Below are positions 49,401 to 61,639 of a stretch of 64,000 nucleotides of DNA, piece by piece (the stretch's first letter is position 1; each line of letters starts with the position of its first letter). The translations under genes were made by a program, and so were the position numbers. Below the pieces are notes generated by a model. The model was not told the DNA's origin, did no database searches, and worked only from the letters and a program-made list of their open reading frames with translations. The stretch is from Guillardia theta CCMP2712 (lineage: Eukaryota; Protista; Cryptophyta). The stretch covers positions 297,698 to 361,697 of the forward strand of contig NW_005434643.1 in assembly GCF_000315625.1 (NCBI RefSeq), read 5' to 3'.

Positions 49401-52204
49401 AGGCTCTGCTCAGAGAGAAGCTGCACCCTCACCTCGCCATCTTCATCGAGATGGGCGACGAGGAGGCGGTGCGAAGGCTCTACGGGAGCAAAGACGTCCT
49501 CCGCTTCCCTCGCCCCCATCGCCTGCCCTTCTATCCCTTCCTCGACCCCCGCAGGCAGCGGAGGGAACTGCGAGCGCTGAGACACCTGGGCATTGAGGCG
49601 CCGAATGCCAACCCGCGAGATGAGGAGGGGAAGCCGAAGGCAAAGCCGTCGGGAGAGGAGCTGCTGGCTGCCGCTCAAGAGGCCGAGGCGGCGGTGAAGC
49701 GAAAGATCGAGGAAGAGAACAGCAAAGCGACGGGTCAGCTGGAGGCGATGGCAGCTCGACTGGGAGAAGAAGAGGTGAAGGTTAGGAAGATGCAAGCAAG
49801 CGCATCAGAGGAGAAGCAGGAGCGATGGCTGCAGAGGGTCATAGGTAAGCTCCTTGCTCACCCCCAGTCACTGCTCGCTGCTCCACTTCCTCTTTCTCGC
49901 GAGAAGGCAATTACCCTCCTCGACACTCGCGTCCGCCGCCTCTCCAAGTTCGGCATGGTGTGTCCAGTGAGGCTGCTGGAGGAGGAAGGGGTCCTCGCGC
50001 CCTCCTGCATCAGCGACCTCAACTTCGCCGTCGCCTACGGCCCTCACATCTACCTCTGCAAGGACGCACTTGCCAGGCGCAGCTTTCTTGCCGATCCTGT
50101 TCGCTTTGTGCTGCAACCCCCTCCTCCTCCTCCCGCCTTCCAGCGCATCGTCGTGCTTGGACCCCCCAAGAGCGGTCGCTCCTCGCTAGCAGAGGCGATC
50201 GCTGCTGACCTCGGCCTTGTGCTCCTGACGCCGGCGCGGGTCGTGCGTGAGGTGCTGGAAGATGCTTCTTCGCTGGCAAAGAGGATCGGAGATGAGCTGA
50301 GAAAGGGCCTGGAAGTCTCCGAGGAGCTTCTGGGGCAGGCAATCTGTGCGGCAGCTCATCGTTACCCCGGGTGGGTGCTGGATGGTTTTCCTCGATCGCA
50401 ACAGCAGGCGGAGAAGATGGAGGAGGCGGATGTTGGGGTGACGTCAGTCATCCTGCTGAAGCTCGAGGACAAGGCTTGCAGGGAGCGAGCGACTAAGGAG
50501 CTCATGCGCAGAGGCGAGGACGGATTCTTCGAGAGACCGAGGAGGAGGAGGATCGCAGCAGATCCCGAGGAAGAGGAAGCGGAGGAGAAGGTGGAGGAGA
50601 CACCTCCTCTGTTGACAGGAGAGGAGGCGGTCAGGGAGGCGCTGGCAAGCCTCTCAACAGAGCGAGCAGACAGCGAGATGCAGGCGATCAGGAGAACCTT
50701 GACGAGGGACAAGGACGTGGAGGAGGTGGTGGATGCCAGCCGGAACCGAACGAGCGTGCACCGGCAGGTGCTGGGCGAGCTGAGGCGGGCGGCGAAGGGG
50801 AGGCAGGAGTACCTAATGAGGAGGGAGCTAAAGCATCCAGCACCGCTGGCGGAGCAGAGGCGCTGGATGAGGAGAGAGGACTTGAAGGAGAAGAGGGGCA
50901 ACTTCTGCGTGAAGGAGGAGGATGGAAGTATCATTGGCGATTATTGCCCCGTCGCCTGGAAGCTGGAGGAAGAGCTTGTTCTCTGCTCACCCGACGCGCG
51001 GCTAAGCAACATGCTGGAGGTCGCTGGTCGGTTCTTCTGCGCCTCCCCCAAGCACTTGCTCGAGCTTATGACCTCTCCCTCCTACTACCTTCACTCCCAG
51101 ACGCTCCCTGATCACGTTCCTCGGCGACTGGGGGAAGGAGAGGCAGCGAAAGTCGGAGAGGAGAGCTTGGAGTACAGGGGCTACTGCCCCGTCACTCTGC
51201 TCGATGGCCCAGGAGAAGATGCTGTAAGTGTGCGACCCTGACATCTCCTCCTAACACACGAGCAGGTAACGGGACAAAAGCTGCCTATCCAAGCAGCGCT
51301 GCTCAAGGTGACGAGACGCTATGCAAACCCTCTGACACCCTCCTGCTTCCACCTGCCTTTCCCGCTACCTCATGGCCTCTCGTTGACTGATTGATGGCAG
51401 CCCTCGTATGATGCTCCGCTGGCTGAGCGAATGTACCTCGTCAAGTATCAGGTGCGAGGGCGAGAGGGAGGCAGACAAGAGTGAAGTGAGAGCAACAGGA
51501 CAAGATTTACCGCATGTTGACCGAGGAAAAACTGGATCGCTTCATGCGCAAACCTTGGAACTTTGTCAACCTGAAGCTTCCTGTGAAGCTGGTCCGCCAT
51601 CTCCTTTCCTCCCTCCCTGCTCCCTGACTTGATTGTCACCTGCAGCCTTTCGACAAGCGGCCGCTCGACCTCGCCTCCCTGCCGCTGCCCGGCTACCTCG
51701 AGCATGCCGTGGTACAAGAACTCACCGCTGCTCTCCTCGCTGTGGGTCAGAAGCGACCCAAGTTCCCCGGTGAGCATGTTGGCCGCGCAAGGCTCGCATG
51801 CCTGAGCAGCCGCAGGTCTGAGCTCAGAGCAGTCAGCTCTGAAGCTCCTCGCCCTCCTCCTCCGCTCGCGTAACCGCCGCAACAACACCGTCGACAAGGT
51901 GAGACGCCTCAGCTCGCCTGACCCTGACGACCTAGCAGCGACTCCATGGGATGAACTTGGAGCTGTATGTTGGAGCTTGCGATCTGCTAGTAAGAGACGC
52001 TAAGGTGAGGACAGGTTGGAGAGGCAAGGGGGGAGTGGGGGGAAGGTGGGGGGGCAGAGAGCTGCAGAGCATGTGAGGGCAACAACGTCATGACCAGATG
52101 TGCAGGATGCTCAGCTACCGACGCCTGTACTGGCCGAAAGCGACGTGGTGGAAAGATACTTGAGTCTCGTAGAAGGAGGGCCCAAGGGTTGCGTGAAATA
52201 TTGA
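46459..52204 (+). CDS. AK9: Adenylate kinase 9-like flagellar multi-domain kinase (multi-exon)
   Basis: P-loop-like GKPASGKAT, GAPVTGKS, GALGSGR, GPPKSGRS; GWVLDGFP; five [FYV]CPV (YHS-like) modules each followed by F..[DN]P..[YF]-type segments; C-terminal LPGYLEH...RPKFP.LS typical of AK9. Confidence 0.88.
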
Positions 52205-52271
52205 TACCATGACTTATTGAAATGAAGCCTCACTCTCCCTCCCTCGCCCTCTCCCTGTCTTGACCTCCCTC

Positions 52272-55003
52272 TCAAACTTCTTCGACACGATTTCTACGAC
52301 GAGGAGGACTGAACAAGGGCGACGAGTGCGGCAGGCTCTCTGAGCTCAAGTTCTGGTAGCTCCCGATGCTCGCCATGAACTCTCGCACAGTTTCCAGCCC
52401 TCCCTCGAGCATCCGAGCCGTCGCTTCTCCATGCGCGTGTCCCGCGTGACGCGACAACTCCTGCCGCGGTGTTAGCACAAGAGGGAGCAAGTAGCGGCAA
52501 TGCCTGCAGGAGGTAATCGGAGCGCGAGAGGATGTCTCGGGCAGTCTTATGCTGCTTCTCGCTGAGGCCCGGGTAGGAGGAGCAGCCCTTGGGAACAGAG
52601 AGGAGAAGAGGCACTTGCGTGAGGAACCCGTTGATGCGCTTCAGATCCTCGTCGCTCACGGCTCGCCCACTCCCTCCGACCCTCTGACTCAGCTCCTCAT
52701 CCTCCGTCTGACTGAGAATGTTCAGCTTCATCACAAATGGCTCCACGAGGCCCTCAAACTCCTGCTGCTCTGTCAGTAACCCGCCTTGCTTCCATGCCAT
52801 GCACCTGGTAGAGCCGCAGCCTCCTTCTGTCCCACTCCTCCACCATCGCCTTCCGCTCGATGCCATCGATCCCAATCCCGAAGGATTCAATGGTGGGCCG
52901 GCAGAGCTCCAGGCATTCTTTCATACGGCTCTTCGACTTGATCATCCTCTCTGCATCCGTGTGCGCTCCTTCCTTGACCCGCTGCGCCTCAAGCGCCTTC
53001 ACCTTCTCACTGTCTGCTCCGGGGTCCAACTGCTCCCACCTGCGGTGATACTTCTCGATGCATTCCTTCTCCTCCCTAGTTGCGTACTCCACCTGCGCCA
53101 TTTTGCGGTCGATCAAGTCGCCCAAGGCTTTCTCGGTGATGGCGAAGACTTCGCACACCTCCGTCACAAACTGCCTCGTGTCGTTGCTCACGATCTGCTT
53201 CCAGGGCTCCCAGCGACAGTCGATGTATTGCCGGACGTTGTTCAGCACGTCACAGTACTTGTCGCAGCTGATGATGCTCTCTTCTAGATTGCGGCGGTGC
53301 TGGTCGATATGCTCCTTGACGTCCTTGATCAGCTGCTGGTCCACCTCTTCCTGCTAGGAGCGTCAGGGGCGCGCAAGACCTTAAGGGCTACCTTGAGCTT
53401 GGCGATGATGTACTCCCTCTCGGCTTCAGCAGCTTTCCGTTGAGCATCCATCAAACTATCCCAGCAATGTTTCACGTGCTCGTTTGCTGTGTCCAACTCT
53501 TGCAGAGCTCGTTTGTGGCTGTTGCTACTTGCGCGAGCTTGAGCATGCAGGTGGCTGAGGACGCTGTCGGAGTGGTTCATCTCGTTGAGCACGTTGAGGT
53601 CGTTTTGCCAACGTGCTCGTTGCACCTCAATCTCTCGCAGCTTCCCTTCGAGGCTTGAGATCGCCAGGCTATGGGGAGGCTCGTAGTCGTCTGTGTCCAG
53701 CGGGTTGTTGGGGTCGTAGGCTGCGTTCATCATCTTCTTCGCTTCCGCGTAGGTCTCAAGGCGAGACAAGAGGTTGGAGCTCGCGTCCTCCACTGCTCGC
53801 TCAATCTGCTGCACCAGGTCTAACGCTCTCTGCATCTTCCGCTCTCGATGAGACGCTTGGAACTCGTTGTACAGTGATTGCATGTACGCGGGGAACGAGG
53901 TGCTGTCGTTGTCTACGTTGAGCTTGCTTTGCAGGTCTGCCTGCTTCTCCTTGCACTTGATCATCTGCTGAGACATCACTGGAGGTCGAGCAGCAGCTCA
54001 CGTCTCATGCCTGCATGAAGGGCGTGTTGACGGCGATTCGAATTGAATCAATGATGTCCTTCTCGGCTGCTGGAATCTCAAGCCCCTGCAACTCCATCAC
54101 AACAATGCTGACCGCGACATACACCATAACACGCTTGCATCAACAATCACCATAACACGCTTGCATCAACGAATCACCATAACACGCTTGCATCAACAAT
54201 CACCATAACACGCTTTGAGTGAGAAAAGAAAGGACCTTGAGCTTCTGCAGTGCTCCTTCTAAGTAAGGAAGTGCATTCAAAATGCCTGACTGCCACTCTG
54301 TATACTTGGGATTCGTGGTGTAACTTTTTGCGTTCTCAATCAGGCTGGAATGTGAATTACTCTTGACAAAGAAACCTTGTCAGCATAAATCTTACCTGGG
54401 CAGATGTCGATATTCTACCTTGCCCGTCATCTGCTCCAAATCAGGATCTTCGTACACAGAGGGAGATCGTGACTAACTTGAAAGTAAGATGTGTCCGTGT
54501 TGATATTAGCCAAGGATCGCTTGCAGCAGTCTGCTAGCACATCGTCGTATTTCGACAAATGTGCTTGTCTTTCATAATGTATTAGAAGTCGAGGACAAGA
54601 GGCTTGAAGAACCTCACCGCTCGCTCATCTCTATGGACTTCTTGATGTTTTCGACGTGCGAAGTCCATGATTGAAGAAAAATCCTTTTAGCATGTTCAAC
54701 GGAGATGTTGTCATGATCTGATAAGGACAATGCTCTCGAGTTGGAGAAAGTTGAAAGAGCGTCCGTGGCATGCCCGCTTCTGGGGGGTGATGACCATGCA
54801 GGCAAGGTGTTGCCTGCTTGCAGTCCGGGAGTGGCTGGTTTCTGGATGCGATTGCTGAAGCTGATGCTCTCGTTGGAGAGAGAGGTACGAGAAGGGGCGA
54901 GCTCAGCATGCGAGAGAGGGCGCGAGGACATGCCAGGGCTCTTCTCTTCCACTGGGCGACCATGCGACGCGAGGGCTCGCATTGCAGCACCGGTCTCCGC
55001 CAT
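52272..55003 (-). CDS. Coiled-coil protein resembling the paraflagellar rod (PFR1/PFR2) family (multi-exon)
   Basis: KHCWDSL..., DQHRRNLEESIISCD, ALGDLIDRK, WEQLDPGA, CLELCRPTIE, DRRR occur in the same order and near-identical spacing as recalled PFR motifs; ATG 55003, last exon ends NRVEEV*. Confidence 0.7.
54122..54215 (+). repeat. 26-bp minisatellite (about 3.5 copies), intronic
   Basis: CACCATAACACGCTTGCATCAACAAT at 54122, 54148, 54175 and partial at 54201; no spacers. Confidence 0.9.
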
Positions 55004-55689
55004 AGAGGATCCAACGGTCTATTCGTACCTGGTACCCCCATACCCTTGTACCTCCCATGGACCCTGGTGAGTACCCCTGTTTTTATATAGGTTTGACCCT
55101 TGACCCCTCCCAGACTTGACCTACCCCACCATCACCCTATCTCCGAGCTTTGTACCTGGATTGCCCCTTCCAGTACTCTCTTCCTGTAACAGTCGCCATG
55201 GCGAGGCGATGCTGATGCAGCCGCTGGTACGCAAGCAAGGAGAGGAGGAGACATGAGCGTATCCGAGGGCCCTCGAGGCTTCTAGGGGACGTCATCGGGC
55301 ATAAAAGGTGGTAACGAGCGAGAGAGGTTTCAGATGGCACAAGTTCACTAGCTGCTCTCTAGCTGTGTTATCTTCCAGCCCTGCACGCGCAGAAATCATC
55401 GCAAGCAGTTTGACAGTCATCGGTTGAAGTGAGCAGATAAACATCATGAGCTGGGATTTTTGCAGCCCATCAAAGAATTCATTCGGGAATATCTGTGAGC
55501 CAAGGAGAACTCAGTCCGTCAAACAAGGTTTTACTTCCTACCCTCCATCCTAACCTGAATCGACTTCTTGCTACAGTGCTGCTGTCCATATGTATCCTAC
55601 CCAACATATCTGCAGACCCTTATTGATGACGATTCTTGGAACATGAATTGTCTTTGCTCCTCTGAAGCAAACGTTGAGCAGAAGAGGCG

Positions 55690-56208
55690 GTGCCGGAAGC
55701 GAAGACGATGAATGCCTCTCTTGCCAGGTGCTCCTCTACCTCGTCGAGTGAAGCTCATGGCGTTGGCAGCACAAAACAGCCGGCGGGTCAAGGAAAGCGA
55801 GGGGGGGTCGGCATCGTATGTTGCCACGAGGATCTGAGGTGCGGCATGACCGCCTGTGGGCTGCTGGTCTCATGCCCTCGCAGTGGTGCCTTGCGAGTCA
55901 TCGCTTGTGTCAAGGGCTCTCCCGCAGAGCGATCGAAGAAGATCTTTCCCGGCATGGCTCTGGTGAGGTTCTTGCTTTGCTCACTTGCATTGAGCGCAAT
56001 GGTGGCGAAGGTCAAGATCGACGAGGAGCCGGTTGAGGGGAAGTCGATGGAGCGAGTAGATCCCGTGCTTGTCCCTTGCGTTGGAGTGATCCTCCTTTTG
56101 CAGATCGGAATCCTTATGGGAGGCACCATCGGCAGCAGCGTCAGGCTCACCCTGCTGCAACCCGACAAGCACCCAGTCTCCGTCACTTTGCAACGAGCGC
56201 CGTGTTGA
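55690..56208 (+). CDS. PDZ-domain protein (3' part; 5' exons probably from about 55200)
   Basis: GGVGI, LRVIACVKGSPAERSKKIFPGMAL, KIDEEPVEGKS, G.IGSSVRLTL...VTLQR. Confidence 0.7.
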   Translation: MPEAKTMNASLARCSSTSSSEAHGVGSTKQPAGQGKRGGVGIVCCHEDLRCGMTACGLLVSCPRSGALRVIACVKGSPAERSKKIFPGMALVRFLLCSLALSAMVAKVKIDEEPVEGKSMERVDPVLVPCVGVILLLQIGILMGGTIGSSVRLTLLQPDKHPVSVTLQRAPC

Positions 56209-56431
56209 GGCTCGAGCCGCGAAGTGAAAGGATAGTCAGATAATGAGAGCGACATTGCAATAAGACTCTAGCACTAGTGACTCTAGGATGTGCCGTATGC
56301 GTCCTCGTCCTCGTCCCTTGCTCGCGTCTTCCATCACTGGTGCCTTTCTTGGATAGGAAGGGGGAGGGGGCTACCTCGCTTGGACGAGAGTCCGGCAATA
56401 CAGAAATAAAATTGAAGATTTAAAAGATTCG

Positions 56432-58522
56432 ATGCAACAGGAACTGAAGGGGCGGAAGCTGGGGGCGGAAGCTGGGGGCGGAAGGGAGGGGAGGGAGGGG
56501 AGAGAGGGCGGGGATTGCATAGATGGCGGGGGAAGGGAAGGGAAGGGAAGGGAAGGGGACAGGACGCAGCTGACCGAAATTTCCTCGCAGGCCGTGCAAA
56601 ATAATATCAATATCATCCTTGACAGGCGCTTGCAGAGCTCACGCATACAGGTCGTGGGCAGGTGCGTACAAGAAGAGTCAGGACAAGAAGGGTGGCCTTG
56701 TGAGTCTGAGGCGAGCTCCGGGCCTGTGCGAGTGGAAGAAGCCTTGCGTCTCCAAGACTCTGAGTCGATCCAAGACTTGCCATCCCTCTGCCTCCAGCTC
56801 CGACCTCCTCTGCAACTTCCAGAAAGCCTCGCTCATCAACTCTCGCATCCAGTCCACCATGGGCCGGCTCAAGGAAAGTGACCCGCTGTTCGAGCTCGTG
56901 CTCAAATGGATCCTCAGCTCCGAGTGGGACATGACTCTCACCTTGCGCGAGGCTCTTGAGCGCTGTGAAGCTTTGATCGCTTCCCACATCAAGAACCCTC
57001 TAGGCAGCGAGCTGTCTCGCAAGTGCCCTGGCATCGGCAAGTTCTTCATGGAGCTTCCTCTCACCAAAGCGCTGGACTACATCGGACAGAAAGTCGCGGT
57101 GGAGCAGAGGAAGTACGTTCCTCCAACTTTCTCCGAGGTCCGACAGATCTTCAACATAGCGCAAGTTTATGCGCTTAAAGCCGAGCCAAGCTGATGACCT
57201 TCGATGCTGACGACACCCTGTACGAGCACGGCATGGACTTGGAGCCAAGCTCGTGGCTTGTGGATGCCCTACTGACGCTGATGGAGAGAGGAATCTACGT
57301 TGCTGTGGTGACTGCAGCGGTACAGGCTTCAACTGTGCCTTCCTCCTCTCACTCTGCGTGCAGGGCTACCCAGGCAAACCAGACAGATACGCTGCTCGCT
57401 TCCGGGGGCTTCTAGAGAGAATGCAGGAGAAGAAGAGTCCCAGCAGTGTGACGAGAATGTTCTTTTGTGTTGGAGGAGAGTGCAACTACTTGTTTCGAAT
57501 CAATCCCGATTACAGGATGGAAGAGGTGGTCTACCCAGCTCAACTTGCTGATGCTTAAAGGCGCATGCAGGTTGATCCTGACGCCTTTTACACGGAGACC
57601 ATGAAGAGTTGGAAGCACGATGACATCGAGGAGCTGCTGAATGTTGCCGAGGCTGCCCTAAAGGAATCCTGCTCACGAATGAGGTTGGACGTGCAGTTTT
57701 TGCGGAAGGCGCGAGCAGTGGGATGCTATCCCACGAGGGCCGAGGTAATGGATATTGAATCTACTTTCTGCCTGCGTCTCCTAGCCTCACAGTTTGCTCC
57801 TGTCTTCCTGTTTCCCTTGCTTTTTTCATCTCACTCAATTTGTTTCGTCGCCTTCCTTCGCCTCGCCTTGGTCAGTTTTTTCCTCTGAAAGCTGTGAACT
57901 CTTGCAGGACCGGATAGCGTATGAGGCTCTTGAGGATGTGGCGCTGGCAGTGCAGGTGAGCGCGGGTCGCCTCCAGGAGAGACGAGGAGATTGATGTGGT
58001 TCAGGACAAGTTGATGCACTACTCCGAAGGCAGAGGCGTCGTTCCCTTCTGTGCTTTCAACGGCAATCGAGATGTAAATCGATCTACCCCTCATCAGCTC
58101 TCATGCTTACTTGGCTGGCTCTTGTTGTGTCATGATGCATCTTATTCGAGTGAAGGTGTGGGTTGACGTGGGAGACAAGCGGTATGGGATCGAAGCTCTT
58201 CTCCACTACCTCGTCAGTCTCTTCTTCTTGCTTGTTTGCTTTGTCTGACGCTGCCGACAAGAGCATCGAAGGAGAAGCCACGTGTCACATGGGGGATAGA
58301 TTCACTCTCACCGGTGCTACCTCTTCGCTCATGTGTAGCTCATTGCATGAGGACAGGCAACGACAAGAGCTCAAGGGCCGTCGCCAACACTGTCTGGTAG
58401 GAAGAGATGCCGCGTCAGTCGCTGCCTGACTCCCTTGCAGGGTCACGAACCCGTCGGAGACTGAGGAATACCTCGAGCTCTTTCTCAGAGTCTGGCGATT
58501 CGCTGAGCTTGTGCTCGTCTGA
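56432..58522 (+). CDS. ISN1: IMP-specific 5'-nucleotidase (HAD family, multi-exon; frame break at about 57190; ends approximate)
   Basis: RKYVPPTFSEVRQIFNIAQ, TFDADDTLY, VAVVTAAGYP, VGGECNYLF, PFCAFNG..DVWVDVGDK, HMGDRF, GND, WVTNPSET. Confidence 0.88.
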
Positions 58523-58569
58523 CTATCTTCTCGCAAGGATACTGGTGATGAGAGCTGCGTGCGGTGTGC

Positions 58570-59320
58570 GGACTCAAGGCCCAAAGGACCGAAGCAGGTC
58601 AGCGTCTCGAGGCTCTTGCCGGCCGGTTGAGAATGAGAGTCACGCGAGTTTGCAGGGGACCATCGAGTGGCACAAGGCGCAAATCATTCAGAACAACACC
58701 TCTGCCTAGTAGAGATCTCCAACCCCGCTGGCTGACTCCGCTGCAGCCTCTTGACGCTCGGAGTCGGCATGCAGTCAGGCACACAGCAAGTCGGAGTCGT
58801 CGGGCCCGGATCGAATCACCGGGCCGTATTCAGAGCCGAGCAGCTTTGCCACATCCCGACCTGCAGCCGCCGGGCTGGTCACTCAGACAGATAAGACAGA
58901 TAGCCTAGTCACGAGTAGGGCTCGGAGCCTCGCGTGAGTCTTGCGAGTCTGTGGCCGGCAGTGACCTCAGCACTTGAGGTTGGCACTCGGACGATGCCGG
59001 GCGGCGCGCAGTGACGGTCCGACGGCACTTACTGAGGCCGCCGCATGCCTTCCAACCGTCTGCTGTGGCAATTTTCGCATCGGCGGCCTTAGTGGCTTTG
59101 AGAGTAGGAACTGAGGGGCCTTTTCACTGTCAAGTTTCGTTTTGACCGGTTCAAGTTAAAGCCTCGTGCAGCCCAGGCTCCGTGCCGCTCTGACCCAACC
59201 CTAGTACCGTCTCACTATCCGGGACTAAGTTCCGGCGACTCGTGCTACTCACCGTGGCATGATACTGCGGCAGCCGAGCACTCAGAGCACTGTGACCCAA
59301 CGCGAAATGACTCACTGAAG
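58570..59320. repeat. GC-rich word tract (same type as 9870-10965)
   Basis: GAGTCAC, CAGTGAC, GGCCGG, ACTCAG, TTCAAGTT words; no credible ORF. Confidence 0.6.
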
Positions 59321-59828
59321 GGGAGGAGCCATCCGATGATCCGGAGGTCTGACGTATTCGTTACAAGGTCGTTACATGTAGGAGAAGGTGTTAGATGGTC
59401 GACTACAAGTTGGGGGGCAAGGCGATGGGAAGGGGGAGGGGGGGGGAGGAGGGGGAGGAGGATCGAGACGAGAGGTGAGACGATAAGAGATGTGCCAAGT
59501 CTTGTTAGGATGTCTCGGTTTTGATTCGGAAGGTAGAGGAGGCGTCGACTCCTCTTTCACTTCGCCATCTAGTTTGTCTTGCGCTGCAAATAGAACAATG
59601 GGAAAGGAAAGGAAAGCGTGAGACAGTAGTCGCAATGCATTTCATTTCTGACTTGACGTGAGGATTCCCACAGATAGAATTGCTGCCAAGAAACGCTTTG
59701 TCGTTACATGGTTGGATAAAGCAAACGCAAATCAAGTTTGTTGTCACTCTTGGAAAGCCGTTTTATCTTCTCTTTCCTCCTAGAGACCCAGACCCTCTAC
59801 AATCATTTCTAGGCTTCAGGATCCAATC

Positions 59829-60625
59829 ATGCGCCAGCGACAAGATGTCGCTGGTGAGGTAGAAAATGGAAGTGCTCCGGATCAGGTATGCTTTCTCAAT
59901 TTGCACCACGTGCTTGACGTCGTTCTGTTCAGGCATCCTTGCTGTTCAGTGGAAGACAGCGCAAGAGTCTTTGTGTGGCGTAAGAGACAACGACTGATGA
60001 AAGTAGGGCATAACAATTCACACAGATACTTTTTGCTTTTCGTTGGAGGAGTGTTCGGACTGCATTGGTGGTACCTTGGAGACTCACGCAAGTTTCAGCT
60101 CTACCTGCGGACCTTGGGCCTTTGCTTTCTCGGTGTGCTGCTAGACATGTGGGAGTTGCCATGGATTGTGGCAGAGCTCAACTCACACATCGTGTCGGAG
60201 AATGGTAAGTGATGACAAGAGATGCAGTGAGACTGACTGGAAAGACGGCAGATCTGACAGACAGAGGAGGGCAAGACTCCCCTCAGGGTTCGAATCGAGC
60301 GGCAGAAAATATTTCTACTGCGACATCAAATCGAGAGCAGAGGAGAGGGAGAGAACAACAGAGTAGAAACACAGCTCTAGGAGAGAGATCGACAGGTGGC
60401 TCCGAGCATGCAGCGGCTCCTCGTTGTGACTCTGGTACTACAGGAAGGCATCGATTAGGCCAAAGTTCTGAGCTCTCATACCTTCAAAGTTTGTTCTCCA
60501 ACATCGAGCCGGTGATCAATTCGAGCGTCATCTTCTCTAACCACCAAGACAGGCGGAAGTTTCTCGTGTGTGGTCCGAAAGTCGTCGCGACCTCACAAGT
60601 GCTGTTGAAAAGCTTTCAGCGATGA
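59829..60625 (+). CDS. TM2-domain membrane protein (3' end uncertain, may extend to 61339)
   Basis: Spliced RKSLCVAYFLLFVGGVFGLHWWYLG...TLGLCFLGVLLD matches the TM2 pattern. Confidence 0.75.
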
Positions 60626-61639
60626 GGTTCCCCTCCCACTCTCATCCCTCGCTTATTTTTTGTTTTCCTTTCCTCGACATGTGTTGATGTCTTGGTAGCG
60701 AGGCTATGCAACGGACAGTAAAGCTCGTGCACACGCCAGTTCCCACGGGCATTGGGAACGAAGCAAACCTTGACGAAGAGGTGAGCAGAACGTGAGGGCC
60801 TGAACATCAAGAGAGACTGGAGACTTTCCTTGTCTTTGCCAGTCCTTCTTCAGCATTTGTGCTTTCTTGGGGTATCAGATCGGGCTGACTCGCCAACAGG
60901 GAGTCAAAGAATGCCTCATCTGCTTCGGACGAGGGATAGATACGATTCTCCTCCCTTGCCAGCATTCTGGTGATTGATGCTGTTTCTGTGTTTGTCATGA
61001 CGATGCTCAGGACTATGTGTGTCATGTGCTGAAAGTGTACTTCGAAGATCGCCTTCCTTATGCCCTATCTGCCGGTAAACATTACTAGTATGCGTTTCCT
61101 ATACTGCATATCAACCTTTGGTCAGCATGGAAGTCTGTGAGGTCCTCCGCTTCGTCGGGGAGGAGAGCGTTTCCATCACCGTAGACAACAAGGGCGACAA
61201 CACGTTGCCACCAGACTTACAGGCTGAATCCAACCAAGAGACATCGCGATCCTCGCCTTCCACTGAACTAGTGGAATGCTCAAACGCGGAAGCCACAACG
61301 AGAGGTCAACAATCAGATGATGACGGGGAAAGAGAATGATTAGGTGTGCCATGTACAATAGATGGGTTTGAAATCTTTAACCGTTAATCGACATCGATAA
61401 GTATTCTGAAATAAGAGTGGGGAGAGTTCATTGTACCCTTATACGCAGTCCCTGCTGCCAGAAGCAGGAAAAATATCAAATGATGCAACTATCCATCACC
61501 AAGAGGCTTTGATGAAGGTGACCCATGGTCATTGGGAGGTGAGAGAAGACGAAGTACAATGTCAAAAGATTTGAAATCTTTAAAAACCTCAAGCGAAATG
61601 CTCAATTGAAAGCATCTCTTGCAGAAAGAGTCGCCAAGA

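Noticed and set aside
54122-54215. CRISPR-like 26-bp repeats
   Set aside because: Units are contiguous with no spacers, lie in a eukaryotic intron, and there are no cas genes.
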